A model generated the notes under the pieces. That model was given only the letters and a program-made list of their open reading frames with translations. It searched no databases and had not been told where the DNA came from. A stretch of DNA of 64,000 nt, from contig OZ024740.1 of assembly GCA_964016885.1 (NCBI GenBank), positions 201,872,001 to 201,936,000 of the forward strand, written 5' to 3'. The position numbers and the translations under genes were made by a program. Shown here piece by piece: positions 1-16,423 of the stretch (the stretch's first letter is position 1; each line of letters starts with the position of its first letter). This DNA is from Eledone cirrhosa. Taxonomy: Eukaryota.

Positions 1-192
1 TGTCTTTATCTTTGGCATTGTCGCTGACCGTCCACATTTTTCTCTCTTCAACTCTCCAGAATTCCGTAGTCCATCCATCATATCGAAAAGCAACCAGTTA
101 GGCGGTAGTATGGGCCTCTGACTTATGATTGGTCCACGTAATAATGGTGGTGCGTGGGGGAGGGTGGGAGGGATGATGTGTTGTTAGCGAGA
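1..192 (-). mobile_element. 5' UTR fragment of RTE-clade LINE (body lies left of the window)
   Basis: Closely matches 24609-24865 (tgtctttatctttggcattgtcgctga...gattggtccacgtaata...tagc), which lies upstream of an RTE endonuclease ORF on the minus strand. Confidence 0.8.
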
Positions 193-1934
<1,742 letters not shown>

Positions 1935-2065
1935 GTGAGGTTTTTTTTACAAAATGAAAAATAACCGAGGTGTCCTACACGAGTGGAAGTATAAAGAAAA
2001 AGGGATGAAATCAAAAATGCAACTGAAGTCTTATTTTTTTTAAAAATATATATATTTATTTGGTT

Positions 2066-2103
2066 CCTTTACCGGTTTCGCAGTTCTTCTGCTTTTCAAA
2101 AGG
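2066..2103 (-). ncRNA. Minimal type-I hammerhead ribozyme motif (mirror copy of 2176-2213)
   Basis: Exact reverse complement of 2176-2213. Confidence 0.75.
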
Positions 2104-2175
2104 TGAGTTGAGATGGAGGGTCTGTGGTTTTTCTCACGGATGTGAGAAAAACCACAGACCCTCCATCTCAACTCA

Positions 2176-2213
2176 CCTTTTGAAAAGCAGAAGAACTGCG
2201 AAACCGGTAAAGG
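2176..2213 (+). ncRNA. Minimal type-I hammerhead ribozyme motif, U3-A8 core variant
   Basis: CCTT-TTGAAAA-GCAG aagaa CTGC-GAAA-CCGG-TA-AAGG: helix I CCTT/AAGG, core UUGAAAA, helix II GCAG/CTGC, GAAA, palindromic ACCGGT helix III, GUA cleavage triplet. Confidence 0.75.
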
Positions 2214-2290
2214 AACCAAATAAATATATATATTTTTTTTAAAAATAAGCCTCCAGTTGCATTTTCGATTTCATCACTTTTTCTTTATAC

Positions 2291-5652
<3,362 letters not shown>

Positions 5653-6059
5653 ACATTCACACACACATGCTTCTGCAGTTTCTGGTTACCTAAATTCACT
5701 CAATGTATTAGTCAATCTAAGCCTGTATGTGCCACACAATGGTAATGAACTCAAAAGCAAACTTCTTAACCACACAACTATGTCTATACCTATAAATACA
5801 TATGAAGACTAAAGAAAAAGTGAGAGAAATTTGATATAGTTGATATGAAATATGAAACTGGAAGATACACTAGGATCAAAGGGGATAAGATATATAACAG
5901 TAAAATCATAACATTTTGCAACATGGAGATTAAGGAGATGCTGTGTGAAAGATAAAAATTATGTAATTAGAGCAGGGATAAGTGAAGGGAAACTTGGAGA
6001 AAAAATAGAGAATGCTAACTTTAGGGTAAATGTTGAGAAAAAAAATAGAATGGAAGAGA

Positions 6060-6425
6060 CCTGTCTACTTTACATCACTTTACTAAATATATGTATCATC
6101 CCGTAACTCCTGATAGAGTTGTAGAGGTGCCATACTGATATACGGCATTTCTTCGACACTTTAAGTCTGACAGAGGCCATTCCTCTCCAGACCTGAGCAC
6201 AACAGATTTCTTCCAGAGAAAGATAGAAAGTGAGATAGAGGAAATGAGAAAGAGATACAGAGGAAGAATCCACCCCTGTATTAGACTCCTACTTTTTTTA
6301 TCGACCTTGAAAAGATGAAAAGCAAAGTTGAATTCGGCAGGATTTAAACTCAGAGAGTAGAGAGCCGGAACAAATACCATAAAGCATTCTATCCGATGTT
6401 CTAACAACTGCCAATTTGCCTCCTA
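6060..6425 (-). mobile_element. tRNA-derived SINE copy with extended 3' part
   Basis: tatcgaccttgaaaagatgaaaagcaaagttgaattcggcaggatttaaactcag matches the SINE at 10369-10551; the flank aaagagatacagaggaagaatc recurs next to the same core at 38118-38280. Confidence 0.65.
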
Positions 6426-8962
6426 CTAAATATATACATATATATTAGGTCTGAACATAATGGAATCAAATTCCCATCGTCACTACCTCCGTCTCTCTCG
6501 CTCTCCCCATCTCTCACTAGTATAAGTAAATGGGGACCCATGCAAAGGCTGCCCCGCAGCTCTGGCAAATAGAATAAAGAAGGTGTTTTCTCAAAGGATG
6601 GTGAGGGAGACGCGTTGAAAGAGCCATTCCACCTTGTGAGGCACACACCTGCAGGTAGCCAACTCCATACTGATGGTGGTGAGTAGGGGATAAGGTCCTA
6701 GAGCCAAGAACACCAGATGTCTCCACTGCAACGGGTGCCAATGTGTGAAACAGATAGTCATTCTTTTTTTTTTTTGCTTTCTTTTATTCTTTTACTTATT
6801 TCAGACATTAAACTGCGGCCATGTTGAAGCCCTGCCTTCATTGGGATTTAGTTGATCATATTAGCCCCAGAGCTGAATTTTTTTTCTTCTTCAAGTCTGC
6901 TATTTATCTTATTGATTTCTTTTTGTCAAACCTCTATGAAATGGGATATAATGAACAATTTCTTTTTCACAGTTTTGGACAGAAAGGCAAGACCAGTCCC
7001 CTTGACCCTTTTCAAAGCCTCCAAGACTAATGGGAGCCAGAGAAGATCCTCAGCCATATTTTAAATGCTGCCTTTTGGTTTCGATATTTCTTTAGCATGC
7101 ATACTTTTGTTTATTACATTATTGTTCAGGTAACTATCTTCTATGTCTAGTTATTTTATGTTTATCAGAGAGGCAAGGGCAATGCACATGGCCCTTTTCA
7201 AGTTTTTCAAGGCAAAGAAGAAAGTAATCTCAAACCAGAGAACTGTGTACAAACAGAATAGACTCTGCTAAACGCAATCAAAGACCAAGTGGTGGTGTTA
7301 AACAGGGTAACAGATTAAGTCTACCACCCAGGTAGATTACAGCACGATTTGAACTCAGCAAACAAAGAGCTTGAACAAATACCACAAAGTAACTCATCAG
7401 GTAATCCAACAATTCAACCAAACCACTATCTTGAGTTGGTACTTTTCTTATTGACCTTGAAAGAATGAAATGCAAAGTTGACCTCAGCAGGATTTTAACT
7501 CAAAGCACAGAAAGCTTGAACAAATAGTGCCAGGTATTTTGCCATATACTCAAATAACTCTTAATTCACTTAATAATTTGAAAAAATGAAATGGAATTTA
7601 CAGCTCACACCTATGTCGGTTTAGCTAGTTTCCTATGAGGTTACATCATAGGTTTCTCAAGGGCAATGAAAAGCAATATGAAATGAAGCATCTTGCTCAA
7701 GAACACAACATGCTGCCTGGTTTACAAACCCACAACCTTATAATCATAAGTCTAACACCATAACCACTCAGCAACGTCCTTTTACCTAGTAATTTCAAAC
7801 TGCAGAATAATCAAAATCTATAAATTTTCTGCAGTCATATCTTCTCAAATATTTCAGTTGTTGGTCTAGACTTAGTTGTTAAATATTACTTACCAATTAC
7901 CAATTGTTCAAAGAACTTTCTTGCAACTGAAAGTCTATCATTAATATAACTGGAAGCCATTCTTCATTTCCTCCAATTATTTCACCTTTTTATCTTAAAT
8001 TTATGGAACAAAAAGGCCAGATATGTTTTACAATCCATCACATGATATAAAAAAACAGATAATCAGACTACTTTAAATTTCCCTAGCAGTGAACTCAGAA
8101 ACATTAAAGCATAGCACAAAATGATTTGCAATATTTGTTCCAGCTCTCAACACTCTTGGGTTCAAATCCCTATCAGGTCATTTTTGTAAGATCAATAAAA
8201 TAAAGTATTAATCCAGAGTGGTGGAATGACAGAGTTGTTAGAGCATCGGATGAGATGACTTCTAATATTTTTTCTGTTTTTTTTTGCCTTCTGAGTTCAA
8301 ATCCCATTTTGGCCTACTGGGGAGGTAGACTTAATCTGTTACCCAGTTTAACACCACCACCTGACAGATACTTTAAGCCAACTCCACTCTGTAACAAATG
8401 TTCAGTTCAGATCTCCCATTTGATAATACCTTCCTTCTCTACTGACTTCCTTTCTACCACCTGCCTTAGAGGCCCTAAAAAGGATCATGGACATAGCCCT
8501 TCCCTCCAAGACTAAATCGTCAAAGGAATAGTGTGGACTCATGCTTGGGGTTCAATTCTTGGACTGGGAAGTGCAGTGTTCTTGATCAAGATACTTCATT
8601 TCATGTTGCCTTTTGTAATAGGACTGGGATCCCTATCATTAAAACACCTGAGAAACCTATGAGATGCAACCTTGTAGGAGGTCAGCTAAACTTGCATAGA
8701 TATGAACTGTAAATTTCATTTCATATATACCATCATCATTTTATGTTTGCTTTCAATGCTGGCATAGGTTGAATGGATTGTTACAGTTCAAAATGAGACA
8801 GGTCAGAGTGACCTCATTTCACTCATACACAACATATTTTGGCATGGTTCTATGCCAGAATGCCCTTCCAAACACCTTACAGGGTGTACTGGATGCATTT
8901 TATTATCAGCACTAAAGAGGTTATTACAAGATCGCCCAGGCTGAAGAGTCCTCTCATATACA

Positions 8963-8995
<33 letters not shown>

Positions 8996-9549
8996 TTAAA
9001 TAAATTTGGGCCAACCATCAAGAGACAAAACTTGATTAAAAATAAAACTGTCATTCAACAACACGACAACATAAATTTCTTGTGGAAACAAAATATTTGT
9101 CTGTTTTGGGGTTTTTTTCTTATTATTATGAGAAATGCTTCCAATTCTCCATAGAATGACTACTTCCTTAATGAGGCTTTACTTAGGACAGTTGGCTGAA
9201 TCACAAAGATACTACTGCCAGAAATGGCTGCTGGTTACAGACTATTGTAAATGTCATTAGTTCCAAGAAAAAGACTTTATGAAAATGGCAATAGAAAGGT
9301 CAAATGCATGAACGATAACATGTTGACCTCACAAAGGTTAACCACATAGTTTCATGAAATAAGGCTAAAACATATTTTAGTTACACTCTTCAAAAAACAT
9401 TTTAAGGAAAGAGATTTTTTTGGCTCTTTTTGATACCAAACTGCCTGAAACTACCCCTGTTTCTACAATATGAAACTATTTGTTTTAAAGTGTTCATATC
9501 TAAAAAATTTCCATCATAATTGTATGCTAAGTTATATTCCAAGCACAAG

Positions 9550-10020
9550 CTTCTTCTTCGTCCACTTATTCCTGAGAGGGCCATGGAGGTAAAGTCCTCA
9601 AACACTCCTTCCAGTGGGTCCTGTCAGAAACAACCATCTCAAACTGATCTGGCTGGATCCCCAACCGAGACCAGCCAAGCTCATGGATGTTATCCAACCA
9701 TCTTGCTCAAGATCTGCTCCTGGGTCTCCTGTCGGTTGCTTTTGGCCGTAAAATCCGTCTAGCAATTCTTTCCTGTGACATTCTAACCACATGCTCATAG
9801 TACCGGAGCTGTGACCTCTCAATTTGGAGAAGTAGCAGCTCTACCTAGAGCGACTCTCTGATCTTCAAGCTACACACACTATCGATTAACATTACTCCAA
9901 AAGCCATTTGGAGGAAGCTCATTTCAGTCACTTGTATTCTTTTGGTTATTACCAAAGATTCATGACCATAGGTTAGGGTTGGCACAAATACTGAATTGAA
10001 CAGCTACCTCCCTTCTGATT
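9550..10020 (-). pseudogene. Decayed RTE (Expander/Rex3-like) LINE 3' fragment
   Basis: Minus strand near 9905-10005 translates LFNSVFVPTLTYGHESLVITKRIQVTEMSFL, like the RTE C-terminal PTLTYGxE...EMxFLR motif. Confidence 0.65.
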
Positions 10021-10192
10021 ACCAAGTGCTGAAGCTGGTGCATTACTTTAAAATAAAGTTGTGTATCACAAGACCAGTGGTAGTTTCAGGCAGTTTGGTA
10101 TCAAAAGAGTTAATGTTTTAATAAAATTAGGGTGGTGGAGATTGGCCTTAAAATATAGATATATGTTATCAGCAAAACAATTAAGACATTAA

Positions 10193-10595
10193 CGCTTTAG
10201 TTACCAACCCAGCCAAAACCGGCTCTGGTTCTATAAAATAAAACCACCCATTTTAAAGGTTCCCAATTAAAATTAAAATCTACCAACATAATTTATTACA
10301 TTAAGTTAACATCTTCATAATGAATTAATTTTAGTCACATCCTCGAAAGTCTCCATGAATTAATTAATTGTTTCTACTTTAGGCACAAGGCCAGCAATTA
10401 CCCAGTGCATTACTGGTACTTTATTTTATCGACCCCGCAAGGATGAAAGGCAAAGTCAACCTCGGCGGGACTTGAACTCAGATCGTAAAGGGACGTCACT
10501 ATGCGTCAAAGCATGGCGTCCGTCCCTCTACCGATACTGCCAATCCACCCCTGAATTAATTAATGTATTTAATTAGAAATGTGGTCATGAAAGGG
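10193..10595. mobile_element. piggyBac-type MITE carrying a nested SINE
   Basis: TTAA at 10189-10192 and 10596-10599; termini CGCTTTAGTTACC...GGTCATGAAAGGG; inverted relative of 11749-11978. Confidence 0.7.
10369..10551 (-). mobile_element. Full-length tRNA-derived SINE with 13-bp TSD
   Basis: Minus strand has A box TGGCAGTATCGG, B box GAGTTCAAGTC and core GCCTTTCATCCTTGCGGGGTCGATAAAATAAAGTACCAG; TGAATTAATTAAT at 10356-10368 and 10552-10564; decayed copies near 7430, 11490, 18350, 18970, 19490, 35230, 36170, 38160. Confidence 0.85.
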
Positions 10596-10954
10596 TTAAC
10601 AACTGATATTAGAAGTTTTGAAAAACTTAACACTCTTGAATGTACGGCAATAAAATTTATCAGTTCAAAGTTCTTAAAAAAGATATATTTTGAAAGATTT
10701 TTGCAGTCACTAATTATAGCAAATAAACCAAAATGAACTGATAAATGAATAGCAATTAACTGATAAAGACTAAAGTTGATCTACTTTCAGAAATTTAGAT
10801 CAGTTTACTGTCAACTTTTCCATGCAGATATTAGATGGATTATGTAATAACTTACTTCTGATATTGGTATTATCAATCCCTTTTTTACCAAACAGCTATT
10901 GTTACAGGACACAGACAAACACAGACATCGATGGATAAACATATACATATATAT

Positions 10955-11115
10955 GACAGGCTTCTGCAGTTTCCATTTACCAAGTTCCACTTACAAAGCA
11001 TTGGTCAACCAGAGGCTATAATAGAATATACTTGGCCAAGATACTACAAAGTGGGACTGAACCCAGAACCACAGTGTAGTTAGTTGCAAAACAACTAACT
11101 ACACTGTCATGCCTA
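10955..11115 (-). mobile_element. Second tRNA-derived SINE family (CORE-like), decayed
   Basis: GGGTTCAGTCCC B-box-like on minus; related copies at ~5670-5780 (-), ~37320-37440 (+) and ~43380-43530 (+). Confidence 0.5.
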
Positions 11116-11748
11116 GTTCAAGTTATTATATTTTTTTGTCCAAACCAATGCCAGCATGGAAGTCATCAAATGGTGATGACAATGTGTCCACATCTTATGC
11201 AGCTTTAAACATACATGATTAGGAAATATTTATTTTTAAATTTAAAAAAAGCTGTAAAACTCGTCCTGTTCCACACGAAACCACAATACATAATGTAAGA
11301 GAGAAAACTCCAGCCCCTACTGCTATCATTCTATTCCTGAGTTTTCTTAACTTGAAGAGGAATGTCAGTCTGTGTTTATGTCGAAGTTGTATATTTGATA
11401 GTAGCGATCCCTCAATGATAGTAAGGCCTAGTATTTGTAGTAAACTTGATATTACTTGTTCATATTTAGAAGAAAGTGCAATAATTGTTTCCACTTTTGG
11501 CACAAGGCCATCAATTACCCAGTACATTACTGGTACTTTATTTTATCGACCCCATAAGGATGAAAGGCAAAGTTAACCTAGTGCAATAATGTTGACAGGT
11601 AGTGGTTGTATCTGTGATGTTGAAGGAAACAGGATTGGCATGACCTCACTATTGAAGGATGCTTTCAAGGTGTGTCCGTGGAGTCAGAGCAGGCTCAGCA
11701 TGAGGTGTCTATGTTGCATGTGGATGACACTTAGGTGCAGAATGTTAA

Positions 11749-11978
11749 CCCTTTCATTACCATATTTAAAATGAAATACACTGCCTATGATTTTTAGATA
11801 GTTTTTTTTAAATAATCACAAATTTAGAGGGGGTAATAAAGTGTTTGGAACATAATTTAACAATGGTTCTTACATAAAATTATGATGGAAAGGTTTTTTT
11901 TAGATAAATATATACATTTTAAAACAGTCTTGTATCATAAAACTAGAGGCGATTTCAGGCTGTTTGGTATGAAAAGGG
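11749..11978. mobile_element. piggyBac-type MITE, 230 bp
   Basis: TTAA TSD at 11745-11748 and 11979-11982; TIR CCCTTTCATTACCA / TGGTATGAAAAGGG; partial copies near 9430, 10060, 13905, 17475, 17655, 18590, 19660. Confidence 0.8.
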
Positions 11979-12171
11979 TTAAGGAATAAAGGTGGTTATC
12001 ATCAGCATAGAAGTGAGCATTTCCGGAGGCCAGGGCAAGTAGGTTGTTGGTGCAGAGGAGGAAGAGTATGGATCAGAGAGGGTACCATCGGTATATGCCG
12101 GAATAGTGTGATCTGATAAGACACCATTCCACAATCAAGAGGTGAATGGTGGCTATAGGGACCACAAGTGA

Positions 12172-13084
12172 GTAATTTTGCCAGGCATGGTGGGTGAAAT
12201 ATTTAGGGACCAGAAGTAATTTTGCCAGGCATGGTGGGTGAAATATTTAGGGAACAGAAGTAATTTTGCCAGACACGGTGGGTGAAATATTTAGGGGCCA
12301 GAAGTAATTTTGCCAGGCATGGTGGGTGAAATATTTAGGGAACAGAAGTAATTTTGCCAGGCATGGTGGGTGACATATTTAGGGAACAGAAGTAATTTTG
12401 CCAGGCACGGTGGGTGAAATATTTAGGGAACAGAAGTAATTTTGCCAGACACGGTGGGTGAAATATTTAGGGAACAGAAGTAATTTTGCCAGACACGGTG
12501 GGTGAAATATTTAGGGACCAGAAGTAATTTTGCCAGGCATGGTGGGTGAAATATTTAGGGAACAGAAGTAATTTTGCCAGACACGGTGGGTGAAATATTT
12601 AGGGGCCAGAAGTAATTTTGCCAGGCATGGTGGGTGAAATATTTAGGGACCAGAAGTAATTTTGCCAGACACGGTGGGTGAAATATTTAGGGAACAGAAG
12701 TAATTTTGCCAGACACGGTGGGTGAAATATTTAGGAACAGAAGTAATTTTGCCAGGCACAGTGGGTGAAATATTTAAGAACCAGAAGTAATTTTGCCAGG
12801 CATGGTGGGTGAAATATTTAGGGACCAGAAGTAATTTTGCCAGGCACGGTGGGTGAAATATTTAGGAACAGAAGTAATTTTGCCAGGCACAGTGGGTGAT
12901 ATATTTAGGGACCAGAAGTAATTTTGCCAGGCACGGTGGGTGATATATTTAGGGACCAGAAGTAATTTTGCCAGACACAGTGAGCAAAATATTTAGGGAC
13001 CAGAAGTAATTTTGCCAGGCACGGTGGGTGAAATATTTAGGAACCAGAAGTAATTTTGCCAGGCATGGTGGGTGAAATGTTTAG
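12172..13084. repeat. Minisatellite, 44-bp unit x ~21
   Basis: Unit GTAATTTTGCCAGGCATGGTGGGTGAAATATTTAGGGACCAGAA, head-to-tail with no spacers and few variant positions. Confidence 0.97.
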
Positions 13085-14364
13085 CTGATGTCAAGTTTAC
13101 TGTAGATGACCTATTTAAGTGTGGTCATTATTGAGACAGTAATCAAGGATGTTTGGATATTGAGCAGGTCAATCTGGAATACAGATAGGTGATGATGCTA
13201 TCAAGTGCAGCTGTAGACTGTAGACTGTTCAGAACAACAAATGATTGTACTAGTGCATCAACTGCATAGTGTGGGGAATGAAGAATAGTTGTGTATATTA
13301 AAGTCAGTGGAGTTGGAGACTTCAGTGAAAGATGGAATGAAGTGGGGGACCTCAATGTTAAGATGAGAAACTGTTGTAATGAATGGGAAAGACAGAAGAT
13401 CAAAGTAGAGATATATATAATGAAATAGGTAAGAAGGGGAGAGGGTGGAAGATGAGAGAGGGGGTGAGTGAAAGACTCTACTGATGTATAGACTTCACCT
13501 TTCAGAACAATGCTGGAATATAGAGTATAGCTTAGACAAGAAAGAGGTGAAGGTGGAGTAGATTATACTGATGTACAGACTACCTTTCAGAACAAATATT
13601 GGAATATATAAAGAGTGTAGCTTGGGAAGGAGAGATGAGAGAGAGACAGATAGAAGACAACAGAAAGAGAACAATAGTCAAGAGATTTATTTTCTGAAAG
13701 AGAAATAATATGTGTATTATTCTTGTTAGCAGTAGGAAAGTGATGGTGGGTAATACCAATGTTGAAGTGGAATCCATAGACATTGGTGGAAAGTGATGGC
13801 AGGTAAGACTAATGTTGAAGTAAAATCCACAGACATTGCTGTAGTGGAGAGGAGATTGTTCAGCAGATTAACTTTTTTCTTTCTAGAAAACTTCTTTGTT
13901 CTCTTTAACCCCTTTGTTATCAAATTTCTAATGAAACACACTGCCTATGGTTTACATAAAACTATGAAAGTTTTTAGTTAATTATAATTATTTTGAAATA
14001 GGTGTGGTTTGGTGTCAATGATAGGGATCCCGAATTTTACCATGGAAAGCAACATGAAATAAAGCATCTCACTCAAGAACACAACATAACACTTGCTCCA
14101 TCCATGAATTGAACCCATGACCTTATAATCATGAGTCCAATACACCACCTAAAGGTCACATGCCTTTATTATAAACATGTAAAACCAATAATTGATTTGT
14201 TTTATGTATGTGTTTTTTAATAGAACAGTTTGTAGTAGGTAAATAAAAATAACTGACAACTAATTTTGATATAAGCAGCTGCAACAACAACTAACTGCTT
14301 ACATGCTAGCCTTTGCTGTTAGTTCTGAAGAATCTTTGATGATCACAATACACTTAATGATATA

Positions 14365-15431
14365 GAGAGTAGGAAGTGAGTTTAGTCAGGAATTCAAGAT
14401 ACATGTAGGAATTCACCAGGTTTCAGTCCTCAGCCTACTTCTGTTCATTACAGCTCTCCAGGTCATAACAGAGTGAACTTCTTTATGCAGATGATCTGGT
14501 TCTCATAGCTGAATCCATAGAAGAACTGGAGTTCTGACTGTGGAAACAGGATTTACAATCAAAAGAGCTGAGAGTAAATTTAGAAAAAACTAAAGTGTTA
14601 ATAATTAAAAAAGAGGCAAGACCTCATCAGTGCAGTGGCCCTGTTCGATATGCAGAAAAAGAATAGGCAGAAACTCTATATGATGTATACAATGCAAATC
14701 TTGGGTACACAAAAGGTGTAGTGGGATAGCAGACAGACCAACAGGAAAGGAAGACTTCATATGTAATACATGTACAGGAGTAATAAATAGTAAGAGCTCC
14801 AGTGATATAAACATTTTCTGAACACATGAAGAATCCATAGAAGTGGTTGAGAGCTTCTGCTACCTAGGTGATGAAATTAGTAGTGGAGGAGGATGCTCCA
14901 AAAACATAGTAGCTAGAATAAGGATAGGATGGAAGAAGTTTAGATAGCTACTCCCTCTGTTGATAACAAAAGGTTTCTCCTTAGGAACGAAAGGATGGCT
15001 ATATGACACCTATGTGAAGTGCAATGTTATATGGTAGTGAAACATGGGGAGTGACTACAGAGGATGTGTGTAGATTGGAGAAAAATGAAGCAAGCAAGCT
15101 TTGATGGATGTGCAATGTTAATGTGAGAGAAAGGCAGCTTGGATGAACTGAGAGAGAAACTGGGGTTAAGAAGAATCAGAAGTGGCTTGCAAGAGAGAAG
15201 ATTGCCTTGGTATGGACATGCGATGCACATAGGTGATGATTGCTGAGTGAAGAAGTACCAGGAAATCCCAGCAGAAGGAAGACCTGGGCGCAGGTATTGA
15301 GAGTTGATCCCAAATTGCTGAAACTCACAGAGGAGATGATGAAGAAACACAATGAGTGGAGAGATGCTGTGTAGAAAAGGACCCATCCAACCCATGTAAG
15401 CATGGAAAAGTGGATGTAGAAATGGTAATGA
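14365..15431 (+). pseudogene. Decayed RTE LINE 3' portion (RT motifs, Cys finger, short 3' tail)
   Basis: VGIHQVSVLSLLLF, YADDL, CSIC...HKRC and SFCYLG with stops and frameshifts; ends in the RTE terminal motif cccatgtaagcatggaaaagtggatgt...aatgat. Confidence 0.85.
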
Positions 15432-15743
15432 TTTACCTGCACATCCACCCATGTTATCTATGCCCTCCGGTGTTCCTTTTGCGGGTCTTTATGTATCGGA
15501 CAAACGGCACGCCGTATGGCGAACCGTTTTGCCGAGCATTTGAGAGACATACGACTCGGTTTGGATACTCCTGTCACCCGTCATTTCTGTTCTCCTGGTC
15601 ATTCTTCCCTACATGTTTCAGTCCTCGGTGTCCTTTCACATCATCGATCACAGGCCTCGTGCACCAGAACTGAACAAAGTCTGATTCACCGCCTTGGGTC
15701 CTATTCCCCTCTTGGACTCAACTCACCTCCTCAATTTCTCTAA
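15432..15743 (+). pseudogene. PLE GIY-YIG endonuclease domain (5'-truncated; YIG changed to CIG)
   Basis: VIY...CxxC...(Y>C)IGQT.R...RFxEH and terminal P.GLN motifs. Confidence 0.85.
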
Positions 15744-16141
15744 TACCCCGTCCATTATCACACCCCTAGATTCCTATCGCTTTCTCTTGATCATTAGCAG
15801 CTTCTCTTACAACTAATACAGGCCGACTATATATGCTCACTCCACTTTTCCCTTCACTGCTCTGTATACACACATACACACTCTTATATTAACATACTTT
15901 TGCTCATAGCTTCGTACTTACATGCATACACACTCTTTTACTCACATATACCCACACATTTCTTCTTAGCTTCGTACGGACGTATAATAACACACACACA
16001 CACACACACACATGCACAAAACGCCAGCACCAACAGTTTTGCAAGAGATGTCAACATGAATGGACCTGTTATTTTTATCTAAAGACATTTTTTCCAATTC
16101 CAACCTGCCAGTCCCCTCAATCTATCTTATTTCTCATTCTT

Positions 16142-16177
16142 TCTTCTGATGAAGGACTAGCATCCGAAACGTTAAGA
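16142..16177 (+). ncRNA. Minimal type-I hammerhead ribozyme motif of PLE pseudo-LTR
   Basis: TCTT-CTGATGA-a-GGA ctagca TCC-GAAA-CG-TT-AAGA: canonical CUGANGA/GAAA core, helix I TCTT/AAGA, palindromic AACGTT in place of helix III. Confidence 0.8.
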
Positions 16178-16423
16178 CCTTCTTCCTGCTATTTCAAGCG
16201 TTAACCTAATATATCCCTTCCATATACTGTACCGATTGTGTTGTTATTTGTTTACCTTTTACATACATATATATCTGTGTATACATGTTTAGACATATAC
16301 ACATGTATACACATCCAACACCCATGCAAGCATGAAAAGCTGGTGTAAAATGGTGACGACGATACATGTATATATACACACGCGTATGTATATATACATA
16401 TATATATATACAGCAATGTTACA

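Larger units (their letters stand above)
1928..2290 (-). mobile_element. Fold-back element, probable Penelope-like pseudo-LTR pair, inserted in (TA)n
   Basis: Inverted arms 1989-2137 and 2142-2290 around a GGAT loop; inner 96 bp perfectly complementary; each arm has a hammerhead motif followed by AATAAA; the minus arm extends a further ~60 bp to 1928. Confidence 0.7.
11590..13470 (-). pseudogene. Old CR1/Jockey-group LINE reverse transcriptase relic, interrupted by a MITE and a minisatellite
   Basis: Minus-strand translations: LDIS*TF (~13078-13095), LAKLLTCG (~12161-12184), LFLLCTNNLLALASGNAHFYADD (~11998-12066), HANPVSFNIT (~11613-11642); outer limits approximate. Confidence 0.65.
15432..16262 (+). 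mobile_element. Penelope-like element 3' end: GIY-YIG endonuclease remnant plus pseudo-LTR
   Basis: Frame 15432-15743 reads FTCTSTHVIYALRCSFCGSLCIGQTARRMANRFAEH...HF...H...EQSLIHRLGSYSPLGLN, the PLE GIY-YIG signature; followed by a UTR with a hammerhead motif; 16050-16262 is repeated inverted at 58981-59194. Confidence 0.9.

Noticed and set aside
1989-2290. Reading the palindrome as a DNA-transposon MITE or miRNA precursor
   Set aside because: Asymmetric extension to 1928, no recognisable superfamily terminus, arms too long and perfect for a pre-miRNA, and hammerhead plus AATAAA content fits a PLE pseudo-LTR better
12172-13084. CRISPR-like regular array
   Set aside because: Units are contiguous with no unique spacers, no cas genes, eukaryotic context
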